Origin: Chiloscyllium plagiosum
Lineage: Eukaryota
Reading direction: 5' to 3'
NCBI RefSeq assembly: GCF_004010195.1
Contig: NC_057719.1
Coordinates: 14,820,481-14,884,480, forward strand
Length of the DNA stretch: 64,000 bases
Below the pieces are notes generated by a model. That model searched no databases. It had not been told where the DNA came from and saw nothing but the letters and a program-made list of their open reading frames with translations. Below, piece by piece: positions 1-11,099 of the stretch. The position numbers were made by a program, and so were the translations under genes. Numbering within the stretch: the stretch's first letter is position 1; each line of letters starts with the position of its first letter.

Positions 1-430
1 CATCCCCTGATTCTGGGTCCCCCCGCGCAAGGGACTGAATCTTCCCTTACCAACAAGGCCACCCCACCCCCTCTGCCCTTCAGTCTGTCCTTACGATAGC
101 ACGTGTAGCCTTGAATATTCATTTCCCAGGCCCTGTCCACTTGAAGCCACGTCTCAGTTATCCCCACAATATTGTATCTGCCAATTTCAAAAAGAGCCTC
201 AAGCTCATCCATCTTATGTCTAATGCTTCGTGCATTCATGTATAGTATTTTTAATTTGGTACTGCTCTCACCCTTCCCATCAACCCCTATTTCACTCAAC
301 CTTACAGCATGATCCCTTTCCGAGTTTTCTGCCTCATTGATACAGTTGTCTTTCTTGACTTCTCTTGTTCTAACTTTCCCTTCAATTTCCTTTTTAAACA
401 TCCAGTTTGTCCCCAGTTTGTCCCCAGTAT
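1..430 (-). mobile_element. CR1 LINE ORF2, APE endonuclease N-terminus (runs off window edge)
   Basis: Reverse strand translates as LKILYMNARSIRHKMDELEALFEIGRYNIVGITETWLQ...YRKDRLKGRGGGVALLV, the NARS/ETW/RGGGV motifs of CR1 endonuclease. Confidence 0.9.
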
Positions 431-952
431 GTACAGTTTTGGTGTTCTTATTGTCAAAGGAGGTTATTACTAGTGAGGAAGTACAGCGAAAGTTTACCAA
501 ATTGATTCCTGGGTTGGCAGAACTGTTGTATGAGGAGACACTGAGTTGGTTAGGATCGAATTCACTAGAGTTTAGAAGAATGGGAAGAAACCTATAAAAT
601 TCTAATAGGACTCAACAGTTTAGCTGCAGGAAGGATGGTCCTGATTGTGGGGAAGTCCAGACCAGGGGTCGTAATTTAAGGATGAGGGTAAGCCATTTAG
701 CACTGAGATAAGGAGAACGTTCTTCACCCAGAGAGTGGTGAGCCTATGGAATTCACCACCATAGAAAGTGGTTGCGGCCAAAACAATGTGTTTCCAAAAA
801 GGAGGTAGATATAGCTAAAGGGATCATGGGAGTTTGGAAGAGGGCAGGATTACTGCACTGAGCTCAATAGTCAGCCATGCTCTTAATTAATGGCAGAGCA
901 AGTTTGAAAATCAAAATGGCCTACTCCTGCAGCTATCTTCCATGTTCCTATT
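430..952 (+). mobile_element. Degraded CR1 LINE 3' end
   Basis: VQRKFTKLIPGLAELLYEETLSWLG..LEFRR-like ORF2 C-terminus, then ttcttcacccagagagtggtg and the tail aaatggcctactcctgc. Confidence 0.8.
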
Positions 953-1079
953 GATGGGTTTATAATATATAGATCTAAGTTATATTCAGCTACAGTGAAA
1001 CAGCCACCAGGAAAGATAGAGATGCAGGATAGAAAGGGCCAGGGAACTTCACATTGCCAAAATCGGCAGTTTTTTTTTC

Positions 1080-1395
1080 TTTTTAAATTCACTCGTAGGA
1101 TCTGGGGATCACTGATAAGATCATCAAGTATTACTCATCATTAATTGCCCTTGAACTGACTGGCTTACTGGGCCATTTCAGAGGGTAGTTAAGAGTCAAC
1201 CGTACAACTGTGGTTCCAGAGTCACATGTAGACCCGACCAGGTCAGGATATTAAAGGACATTAGTGAATCAGACAGTTTTTACAACAATTGGCAATGGTT
1301 GTCCTTATAGTGGCTTCTAATTCCAGACTTTACTTTTATCAGATTCAGATTTCACCATCTGCCATAGTGGGACTTGAACCAACATCCACAGGAAG
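1080..1395 (-). mobile_element. tRNA-derived SINE (family B), head interrupted by an HE1 SINE
   Basis: Reverse complement matches the copy at 13645-13960 (ggttgactcttaac..ccctctg; B-box-like ggttcaagtccc). Confidence 0.75.
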
Positions 1396-1397
1396 TT

Positions 1398-1717
1398 CAG
1401 ATTAGATTAGATTCCCTACAGTGTGGTAACAGGCCCTTCGACGCAACTAGTCCACACCGATCCTCCGAAGAGTAACCCACCCAGACCCATTCCCTTAAAC
1501 TAATGCACCTAACTCTATGGGCAATTTAGCCTGGCCAATTCACCTGACCTTGCACATCTTTGGACTGTGGGAGGAAGCCAGAGCGCCCAGAGGAAACCCA
1601 CGCAGACACGGGGAGAATGTGCAAACTGCATAGAGACAGTCGCCCAAAGCTGGAATCAAACCCTGGTCCCTGGCACTGTGAGGCAGCAGTGCTAACCATT
1701 GAGCCACTGTGCCACCC
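1398..1717 (-). mobile_element. HE1-like V-SINE
   Basis: Reverse complement of the copy at 50178: A box, B box, V-domain (ttctccccgtgtctgcgtgggtttcctc), tail ctgtagggaatctaatctaat. Confidence 0.9.
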
Positions 1718-1748
1718 TAGAATAGTCTGCCAACTGAATATTAGCTGT

Positions 1749-1880
1749 AGTGTGGAGGTGCCAGTAATGGTGTGGGATGGACAAGGTCAGAAGTACTTCA
1801 CCTGATGATGGAGCAGCGCTCTAAAAGCCTGTGACTTCAAATAAACCTGTTGGACTATAGCCTGGCAATGTGTGACTTCT
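1749..1880 (+). mobile_element. Short PLE terminus (family P2) with degenerate hammerhead core
   Basis: cacCTGATGAtggagcagcgctctAAAAgc and aataaacctgttggactata match 38545-38755; flanked by ctgaatattagctgt/ctgaataatatctgt. Confidence 0.7.
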
Positions 1881-2129
1881 GAATAATATCTGTGGAAGGA
1901 AAAGTACTTAATAAATATGAAGAAACTAAGAAGGCCAGCTACCATGTCCCTAAAATACTACAACAGGGAGGAATTCTCTGCAAAGTAAGTACTGTACATT
2001 TCTAGGAGATATGCCATCCACCCTAAATCAGGTAGCTTGTTCCAACCGTCCTCATCCAGACCCACTGCTCTGAGTGGTCAGCAGCTTGACGGAGCGAAAT
2101 AGTGGTCACCATTGTTGCAAGAATTTGAC

Positions 2130-2525
2130 ACAAGAGAAACTTATGGAAATGTATAAGATCATGAGAGGCATGGATAGGGTGAATGCACTCAGTCTTTTTC
2201 CCAGAGTTGGGGAATCGAGGACTGGAGGGCATCAGTTTACCGTTAGGAGGAAAGAATAAAAGGGATGCTGAGGGGCAACGTTTTTTACACACAGGAGGGT
2301 ACGCACATGGAATAAGCTGCCAGCGGAAGTGGTTGAGGTGAGTATATTAACAACATTTTAATGGCATTTCGGCAAATATATGGTTAGGAAAGGTTAGGAA
2401 AGGTTTTAGTAGGGCCAAGTGGGCCAAGTGCAAGGAAATGGGGTTAGCGTGGATGGACATTTTGGTTGGAATGGATCAGTTTGGGCCAAAGGATCTGTTT
2501 TCATGCTGTAGGGCTCAATTACTTT
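2130..2525 (+). mobile_element. CR1/HER1 LINE 3' fragment
   Basis: EMYKIMRGMDRVNALSLFPRVGESRTGGHQFTVR. Confidence 0.85.
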
Positions 2526-3149
2526 AAGAGATGCTGGTTCAATCAGAATAATTGTCTTTCTGTTTAATCTTTGATTTGCAGGTGGAAGAATGAAACTGCT
2601 CAACCCAAATGAAAATCCTAATCAGTTGGAAGCAGTGACAGGTATCATATAGACCATGAAACAGACAAGCTTCATTCATTAAAGCAAGAGGAAAACAGTG
2701 GGAAATCTGACATGAAAAGCAGAACATGATACAAAGCGGTACTATCAACTTCACAGAATAAGTCTCAGTGGGAATTTGACTGAAACCTCTTGAGTCAGTG
2801 GATGGTATGTCGGACTCATCGAGCAATGTTCTATGGTGTCTGCCATGGGGAAGATCCCCGAGGTGGTCCTTCCTGCCACTCTCCCACTGCCCCTCCACCT
2901 GTCCAGGATGTTGCCAGGTAATCCAAAGGCCAACGTGGCCCTGTCATCCTAACATGGGTAATGTTTAAGCACATAGGCCTGTGTCCTGCCCTGCTGTGAT
3001 TTTCCAGCCAGTGGAAGGAGTTCAGGGATGGAAGATAGTGGCTTCCTTTCTGCTTTTCTTGGTTCCCCATCCTCCTAACCCCTTAAACCCAGCTATGTCT
3101 GCTCTTCCGGGTGCTTCTCCTCCAGCTGGACTTTGTCTGAAGACATGAT

Positions 3150-4000
3150 AGGATGGATATAGATGATTAATCAGAACCTATCATTAGCCTCAGTGCCTCT
3201 TCCTTGTGCAACCCCCACATCTCTTCATCTCATTTCTCTCCAGAAAGTAATCATTATCTATTTTGAATCAGATCAATGCTTCCACAGACCTTTGGGAAAG
3301 AAAATTCCAAACATTCACCATGTTCTGAGTGAAGAATTTCCTCTTCATCTCATTCTTAAATGGCCTGTCCCATATCCTGAGATTTGGCTCCTGTTTATAG
3401 ACTCTAGATTAGAGTGGTGCTGGAAAAGCACAGCAGGTCAGGCAGCATCCGAGGAGCAGGAAAATCAATGTTTCAGGCAAAAGCCCTTCATCTGGAATGT
3501 CCTGTTTATAGACTGTCTAGCCAGTGGAAACATCCTATTTATATTCACCCTGTCAAACCCTGTGGGAATTTTGAAAGTTTCAATGAAATCGCTTATCATT
3601 CTTTGAGTCTCTAGAGAATACAGAAGGCCCAATTTCCTCAATGCTTTATCATAAGACAGTTTCAGTGTCCCAGGGATTAGTCTGGTGCACCTTTGTGGTA
3701 CTTCTTCTTTGGTGAGTAATGTCTTCCTTAGATAAGGTCCTCCAAGTGTAGTAGTGTAGTCGTATCAAGGTTTTGTACAATTACATCAAGATACCTAGAC
3801 TCCTGTACTCAATCCACGAGCGATGAAGATCATTGTTCCATTTACGTTGCCAAATGTTTACTGCTATTGTGTACTAGCTTTTAATGTCACATGAATAAGG
3901 GCACCCACGTCCCTTTGTACATCAGCACTTCCTAACCTCTCGCTATTTATATATTTTACCAGAACATGTAACTTTACATTTATTCACATTGGACTCAGCT
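3150..4000 (-). mobile_element. Degraded CR1 3' region with a PLE-terminus insert
   Basis: Reverse-strand similarity to the CR1 copy at 16400-17105. Confidence 0.6.
3404..3499 (-). mobile_element. PLE terminus (family P1), half element
   Basis: gtggtgctggaaaagcacagcaggtcaggcagcatcc...aagcccttcatctggaat; flanked by the exact repeat tcctgtttatagact (3389-3403, 3500-3514). Confidence 0.8.
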
Positions 4001-4019
4001 CTTATTCCTTACCAGTGCA

Positions 4020-4260
4020 TATGCTATTATTGATTCTACTCAAAATTAATAATTAACAAACTCACATTTTGTTATTCCAAGAAAGCCTGGTTAAATTGAC
4101 TTTGTGAAAACACAAAATAATTTGAGTCTGGGAGAAAGGTATCCATAAGGGAAGAATCCACTTTGAATGAAACTTGTTGAGACTAACTGAAGGGGGGTCA
4201 GTTCATCTCCCACATACGGAAAGGTTACTAATTTGGGGTATCTCATCTGGACTGTAACAA
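4020..4260 (+). mobile_element. LTR-like 3' fragment (family L3)
   Basis: aaactcac..ttt..aagaaagcctggttaaattg shared with 6350-6470 and 15675-15798; ends in ..ctgtaaca. Confidence 0.45.
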
Positions 4261-4569
4261 AGCCTCACCCAGTAATGGGGATATTAAACTGCAGAGATAC
4301 CACATCCAATGCCTATGCTACAAGTAACATCTCAAAAAGCTTCAAAAGATTTGTCAAATATTTTTTACTTCCATGTTGACTCATTTTCTTTTCTGAACGT
4401 CCAGTCATCACTTCCTTTATAATTGACACTAATAAATTCCTTACTGCAGATGCTAAGCTAGCAAGTTTGTAGTTCTCCATTTTCTCTCTCACTCCCTTCT
4501 TAAATAATGAGGCTATATTTGTTCCTTTTCAGTCTGCAGGAAACTTTCCAGAATCAAACTCATTCCAAA

Positions 4570-4650
4570 AATTGGCTCGTTCCTTATTGGCTGTAAACCA
4601 CTTTGAAACCTCAAGCACTTATGAAAGGCACTATATAAATACATATATTT
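4570..4650 (+). mobile_element. DeuSINE/L2-type 3' tail fragment
   Basis: attggctgtaaaccactttg...tgaaaggcactatataaat resembles the DeuSINE tail (recalled consensus). Confidence 0.5.
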
Positions 4651-6639
4651 ATTTATTGTTCTATTCCAGTCTGTGTAACGCCCATAACCTTTGATAGTTG
4701 TCTCAAGTGTTTATCTAATTCTTTCATAAATGTCACTGTTAACTTCACTTCAAAACGCGTCATCTTAATCAAGATGTAAATATTTATTCATTCCTTACTG
4801 CAAAATATCAACATAGTTTCTTTGAGTCAGGTTTGCTCAGTTCATAAAATAAAGCTTACTAATTCATGCAGGAATGTTTCAGTAAAAAGTTATGACACGG
4901 AGCTGACAGCCGGTGGAAGTGAAAAGGTACACGCACAGCATCAGTGAAATAGAGAAAGAAACAATAAGGACTGAGGCGGAAGGACTGAACACACACATTT
5001 TCTGGCAACTTGCTCAGTTTTTCAGCTCCTCGCCAGAACTGGAAAAGCAGTTCACCCCTGCGTAGTTGGCGAGGGGCAGATCCAGTCATAGAGACTCCTG
5101 TGATTATACAGCATAAGAACCTGGAATTCTGGAGCAGAAGAAAGCACATCTGAATTCCATAGCAATTGAAAATAATTGTTTGCTGGACACAACACATTAT
5201 TAGAAACAGAAGTTCTTACAGCCATGTTACCATGATGTTTGGCATGGTCGTCAACTGATACATAATGTTGCTGTTGAGTAACCATGATATAAAACCATCA
5301 GATTTCTTCACACATCACTTGGCTGTGAAGAAAGTTTTTAAAAATCTCTCCCCATGCCTCTGGTCATTGTCTCACTATCATTAGAATGTCTGCTTGCTCT
5401 GCAAGAGAGAGGGGACTGCAGTATGCAGATACCAATTGCCATTGACAGCACTAAGCTCAAAATTCAACATTTTTCTGATGCAGTTTTGGCATCAAAAGAT
5501 TTCAACGATTTTTTGTTTCACACTGAAACATGATGATGGGCAACTCAATTGTTTGTTCTGCTTCTCGTTTTTCACATGATTCCTTTTCACAGTGACGTGT
5601 CAGTTCAGCACATGCAACACCTCCAATCCAATGAGGTGGATGTTGGTCCACGCTTTATAATTTTCCACAAAGCGGTTCCTAACCTTGCTAATGAAGGGAA
5701 GCTAGAAACACTGTGTTACTATTGCTGTAACAAACAGAGACTGGCACTCAGCTGCTGGTTCATGCTACTCTGTTTCTGCGGTACGTGAAGATCCCACATT
5801 AACTTGTTCTTTGCTGAATGACATGAGAGTTGAATTAGCAGCTTGATAGTGTTTATTCCCACCTGTAAGGCAGGTGATAGCACTCCTCACAATAAGTCTG
5901 GTTTGCTTTAGCGTAGATTATATCACAGGCATTCCTGAACGTTCTTTTTGTAAAGGGTAAGGTGGGGGAGGGGAATAAATGAAGGTGCCTGCTTCCAAAC
6001 TTTCGTCAATGACCCGGCAATAAAATCTGTTGACATTGCACAAGGGCATGACTGGGCTCATCTGGGATATGCTCCCACAGTCGATTCATTTGCTACCACT
6101 CACTGGCAATGACTTAAACATGAAGAATGGCTAATTAGTTCCGGTCATCAGAGGCTGACCGATGTATGAATAAATGATGCATTATTGTGAGTAAGTGCCT
6201 TCAATGAAGGAGAGGCTAAAGATGTGGAATAGTGGCCTCTTAAAGGGACAGGCAAGTTCTGGTGTAAAGCATATTACAAAGTGATGCTGACAAAGCAATG
6301 AAAACTGATCAAGAAAACATTGATAAGATGTGGCAATCAGACAGCAACTACAATTATGATAGTTAAATTGTAATTGGTAATTATTAAACTCACTTTTTGT
6401 TGTGTCAAGAAAGCCTGGTTAAATTGGTTCCTTTAAAACACGAGTTAACTTGGGTCAAGGAAGCTATGGATGAACAGTAATTTCCTGAAAGCAAGTTAGG
6501 CCAAAAATATTTAACTTTTAAAAATGTCGCCGTCGAATATACAGTAAAGTTATTCGGCCGCAGGAGAATTATCACCTAACGTTATGGGCATCCCAATCCA
6601 GTCATCACGAGGGTATTCCATGATGAGTACTGAGTGAAT

Positions 6640-6870
6640 TAGGAAGGGTAATTCTCTCTGTTTGGGGAGTCAGTGACAATGGCACATTAGTTCAAAGTTA
6701 TCACTGAGGAGTTGAGCTGTAATTTTAGCAGAAACTTCTTTACAAAAGAGACATGGAAACATGAAACATTTTGCAATTGGGAACGGTTGATGGGGAGGGT
6801 ATTGCAATCTTTAAAAGAAAATTAGACTAACATCTGATGCAGAGAAAGAAACGGGGAGAAATTTGGTCAA
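6640..6870 (+). mobile_element. Highly degraded CR1 3' fragment
   Basis: ggggagtcagtgacaatggcacat...agaaacttctttaca...ctttaaaagaaaattagac. Confidence 0.55.
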
Positions 6871-6879
6871 TGGAGTTTT

Positions 6880-7610
6880 AGATAACCATGCGTTGTGTCC
6901 TCAACTCCACTTTCCTGCCTTTTCTCCACAGCCCTTAATTCTCTCAATGATGGAAAACCTGTCTACCTCAGCCTTGAATATACTTAATGACCCAGCCTCA
7001 ACAGCCCTCTGCAAGACAGATTCCTTGCTCTCTGAGAGAAGACTCATTTCTCTCTTAAATGTGCAACCCCTTTTTTTCTGAGATTCATGCCCCCTGGTCT
7101 TAAACTCTCTTAAGGCCAAAACAACCTTTTTATACCTACTCTGTCAAGTCCTCTAAGAATCTTGTATGTTTCAATAAGGTTACTTCTCAATATTCTAAAC
7201 ACTGTGGCAAAAGTGAGGACTGCAGATGCTGGAGATTAGAGTCGAGAGTGTGGTGCTGGAAAAGCACAGCAGGTCAGGCAGCTTCCGAGGAGCAGGAAAA
7301 TCAGGGCTTCATTCCTGATTAAGGGCTTTTGCCCGAAACATTAATTTTCCTGCTCCTCGGAAGCTGCCTGACCTGCTCTGCTTTTCCAGCACCATACTCT
7401 CAACAACAAAGAACACTGTCTCAACCTATACAAACTCTCCTCATAAGACGTATCTCTATACCTGGTGTGAGTGTGGTGAACTTTCTCTGGACTGTTTCCA
7501 GTATCTTTCCTTAAATAAGCAGCCCAAAATTATTCACAGTATTCTGGACTGGAACCTTGTATAATTTTAACGAAACCTCACTACTTTTAAACTTCATTGC
7601 CTTTCTATTC
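6880..7610 (-). mobile_element. CR1 3' fragment containing a fold-back PLE insert
   Basis: Reverse ORF ...QRAVEAGSLSIFKAEVDRF..IKGCGEKAGKWS. Confidence 0.8.
7209..7400. mobile_element. Fold-back PLE terminus (P1)
   Basis: Inverted arms gtgctggaaaagcacagcaggtcaggcagc / gctgcctgacctgctctgcttttccagcac with mutated core cctgattaagggcttttgcccgaaac. Confidence 0.8.
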
Positions 7611-8809
7611 AGATGAAATTTTTAAAAACTGACTTTAACAATAAATGTAACCTTTGTGCATTTTGCACAGTGAAGGATACGCAGCAGAAGGGGCACATGG
7701 TATTCCCCAGTCACCCCCAGGCCTGGAATATTGTGGCTACATTTAACCTCAGTGAGTGGCTGGCCAGCAACTTTCTTCTGTGGATGATTAACTGTGGCTG
7801 GGTGAAGATCCTCTCCCTTTATACTCTTCTGTATCACTGCTCCCAGCATTCAGCATTCTGTTCCAGTAGCAGCTTCCCGAGGTCTTCCAGAAACTTTATT
7901 CCGTGAAGGAATTGGATGTCGGATTTAATAAAACGGTTCCCTTTCACTGAATTAACACTCTGACATCCTTGCAATCTATACCACTAAGTGGCAGTTAGCC
8001 TGTCTCACAAAATAATTTTCCTGCAGTCAGTTGTTCAACATCCTGAATCTCCTAACCATAAATCTGGTTACATTCAATCTAAGCAACCTCTCAATTTTCA
8101 AGTCTGCCGCTTGCATCCTGTAGTGCAATATTTCATTGCAAATTGACATAACCTACTTGTTATTCCAACCTCAACACTCTTATTACCATTCAACTACAGA
8201 GTTCACTTCCTCACCCATTCACTTATTTAAAAACCATCTGTTTAAACTATTCCCCTACAGATCAATTCAGAACAGTAATCAGGCACCAATTAGTTCCTTA
8301 AAGACATTGTAACTTAAGCATCGTATCATCAGGTTTGACAAATAAAAGCTAAAATTTACTCTTATATTAAGGAAAGAAAAGCAATTCTAATCTAGCAGAA
8401 TCCCTCATCAATCAAATCAGCCACAGGATTATGCTGCTACCCTGATTAATAATCTCTTTACAGATCTATTCCACTTCCTATATTTATTATCCATCAGAAG
8501 GTTTATGAAGGAAGAGGAAGAGACTGCAGGATACCATGTCATTGGGTGTTTGCACAAGTTGCATGCCTTGACTGGCTGCAAGATCATTGTCCAAAGCCGA
8601 GCGTGGACTGCTTCACTATCTGATGGGTTTGTGAATTCAGCACAGCACTGCACAAACATCCCGACTTGTAATCTTACAATGGAAGGGTCATCACTGATGA
8701 TTGACTTATGACTGCAGTTTCCCTAAGGTTAGGCACAGCAACTAGTCAAAACACAGTTTTCCCCAGACACCCCATCAGCTTCAATGTACCAGGGCTCTTT
8801 AATGTCACA

Positions 8810-9025
8810 TCTGAAAATGTGTTGCTGAAAAAGCACAGCAGGTCAGGCAGCAGCCAAGGAGCAGGAGAAGCGACGTTTCGGGCATGAGCCCTTCTTCAGG
8901 AAGAAGGGCTCATGCCCGAAACGTCGATTCTCCTGCTCCTTGGATGCTGCCTGACCTGCTGCGCTTTTCCAGCAACACATTTTCAACTCTGATCTCCAGC
9001 ATCTGCAGTCCTCACTTTCTCCTCC
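8810..9025. mobile_element. Near-perfect palindromic PLE terminus (P1)
   Basis: About 85-bp inverted arms centred near 8898; flanked by the exact repeat ttaatgtcaca (8799-8809, 9026-9036). Confidence 0.85.
8871..8900 (-). ncRNA. Minimal hammerhead ribozyme motif (PLE-type)
   Basis: Reverse complement cCTGAAGA-a-GGGC tcat GCCC-GAAA-CGTC-g: CUGANGA core, helix II, GAAA, palindromic ACGT, GUC triplet. Its 5' helix-I strand is altered by the fold-back junction. Confidence 0.65.
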
Positions 9026-9039
9026 TTAATGTCACACAT

Positions 9040-11095
9040 GGTTTAAGGCTGCCTTGATATCAAGGATGGTTATTTTCACCTCGCCTCTATTGTCCATGCT
9101 TGGATCAAGGGGTCAGGAGCTGAGTGGCCCTGGGCATCAGTAAGCAGATGGTTGGTGAGTAGGTGCAGCTGATAGCACTATTGACATCTTCTACCTCTTT
9201 GCAGATAATAGAGAGATTGATGAGTCAGTGTTTTATCAGATTGACTTTGTCATTTTTTTTCTTTAAATGGGCCATATTTGAACAATTTTCCACTTTGTCA
9301 ATGCAGTTGTGCTGGAACAAACTGGCAAGGGTCATGGCATGATCTGGAGCACAAATCTTCATTGCCGTTGGCAGAATGTTTTCACGTCTCTGACATATTC
9401 AGTGTCTTCTATCATTTCTTGACATCATTCTGAAGACTGAAAAGAACAGTTTTCAGATACTGGCTGACGTTAACTAAAATGTTGCATTTGTGAAAAGCTT
9501 TCTGAGGGATGTTGAATCCACAAAGCTCTCAGAAAGAAAGCATATGGTGCAAGCGCTTGGGAGCAAAACCTGGTTTTGAACCAATAGTAAGAGATGAAGA
9601 CAGCCACAGAAAGCAAGGAAACAGCATTACCCCCTCTGTCTCTTTGAAGCATCTCTCATCAGTGCTGAGCTGTTGATTTGAATTCCCACATGAACCTTCG
9701 TTGCTGCAACTTGTGTACTGTTATGGAAAAATTGAATTGATTCTAGTGTCAAAGAGAATGAAAACAATCACCACGACACAACTGAAGAGAGGGATTGTGC
9801 CAATAGGAAGCTTCAGGACTAGTAGCTGCTACAGGGAAACAAGCCTCTGGGTAGTCCATGATTAATTTCCTTTTCTGAATTGTTACTTGGCCGGGTTTTA
9901 AGACCTGATACTCTGCAGAGCTCTGTTGTTTCTTTTGGATGCTGAGTGGCAGTGAATTTTGTGAATTGTTTTGGATGAAAAGTGGCAGCTGGGAGCCACT
10001 GCAAGAAGCTGAGATGGATCATCCACTCGGCACTCCTGACTGAAGATCATTGCAAAGGCCTGTTTTAAAATTCATTCATCAGATGTAGCCATCACTGACA
10101 GTGCCAGCTTTTACATAGACATGCTGGGCTTCACCGACACTGTGGAGGTAATGTCCATGAAGCCTCGTCTTCCTTCTAGTGTTAAACTGTCCACCACCGT
10201 TCACGGTCGGATGTGGTAGCATTGATCTGATCCATTTTGCATTGATCACTTATCTATTTCGCATGCAATTAATCACGTATTGCAGCTTTTTTAGGTTGGA
10301 ACCTGACTGTTAGACATCCCTGTGCTGCTCTCAGTCTCTTGCTGTGATTTCCAACATCACAGCTGCCATTTTTCAGTCAATATCATATTGTTGTACAACC
10401 ATCAGTGAACCAGAGTTGATCCACCTAGCTTGATGGTAATTGTAGAGTGGGAAATGTTCTGAACATGAAGTTACAGTTTGCGGATTAAACACAACTTGAC
10501 TGCTCTTGAAGGCCTACAGTGTCTCATGGATTTGCAGTTTTGATCTGTTTTGAATCTTTCCTATTTAGCATAGTGAAGCCTTACAATGTATTCGAGGTTA
10601 TCTTCAATCTGAAGATGAGAATTCATCACTAATAGGGCTCAGGGGTGGTCATGCACACTACTAATTCCATGGATAGACATAGCCATGACAGATTGGTGGT
10701 AAGGATGAAGTTTGTCCCTCTGGTGGGTTTGGGGAGGTGATGTCTATCCTCCTAGTGGAGCACGAAAGCCCAAGGTCAGTGAGATGTTGGAGGTACGGCA
10801 TGATTTTGTGAATAAGACAATTATTGATTGACTGTTTTCATGAGCACTGTCCCAACTTTGACCAAAATCTCTGGACACCAGAGTGGAGGGTCAAACTGGG
10901 CAAAATCTATCCTTGTCATTTCTGCTGCCTCAGTCAATATTGGATGGTCATTTTGGTTCTATTATTGATAGACTTCTCTGTCACATTTTGCACCACTGAG
11001 AGACTTGTTAAGGTATTCTAAAGAGTGCTTTACAGTTAAGCACATTGCAGTGGGTCTGAAATTACATTTAAGCCAGATTAGGTAAGGATAGTGAA
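9040..11095 (-). mobile_element. Degraded CR1-clade LINE with family-B SINE body at its 5' end
   Basis: Reverse complement resembles 44690-47320 (RT region 9040-9400, EN start near 10850); 11030-11090 matches the SINE-B body. Confidence 0.6.
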
Positions 11096-11099
11096 TTGG

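Noticed and set aside
5593..5780. Plus-strand coding exon (ag|tgacgtg...ctgcg|gtacgt)
   Set aside because: The frame is open, but the peptide resembles no family I recognise and has no partner exons.
8810..9025. MITE of a DNA transposon, or pre-miRNA hairpin
   Set aside because: The arms match the termini of RT/GIY-YIG-encoding PLEs in this window, and arm lengths are asymmetric and variable, unlike TIRs.
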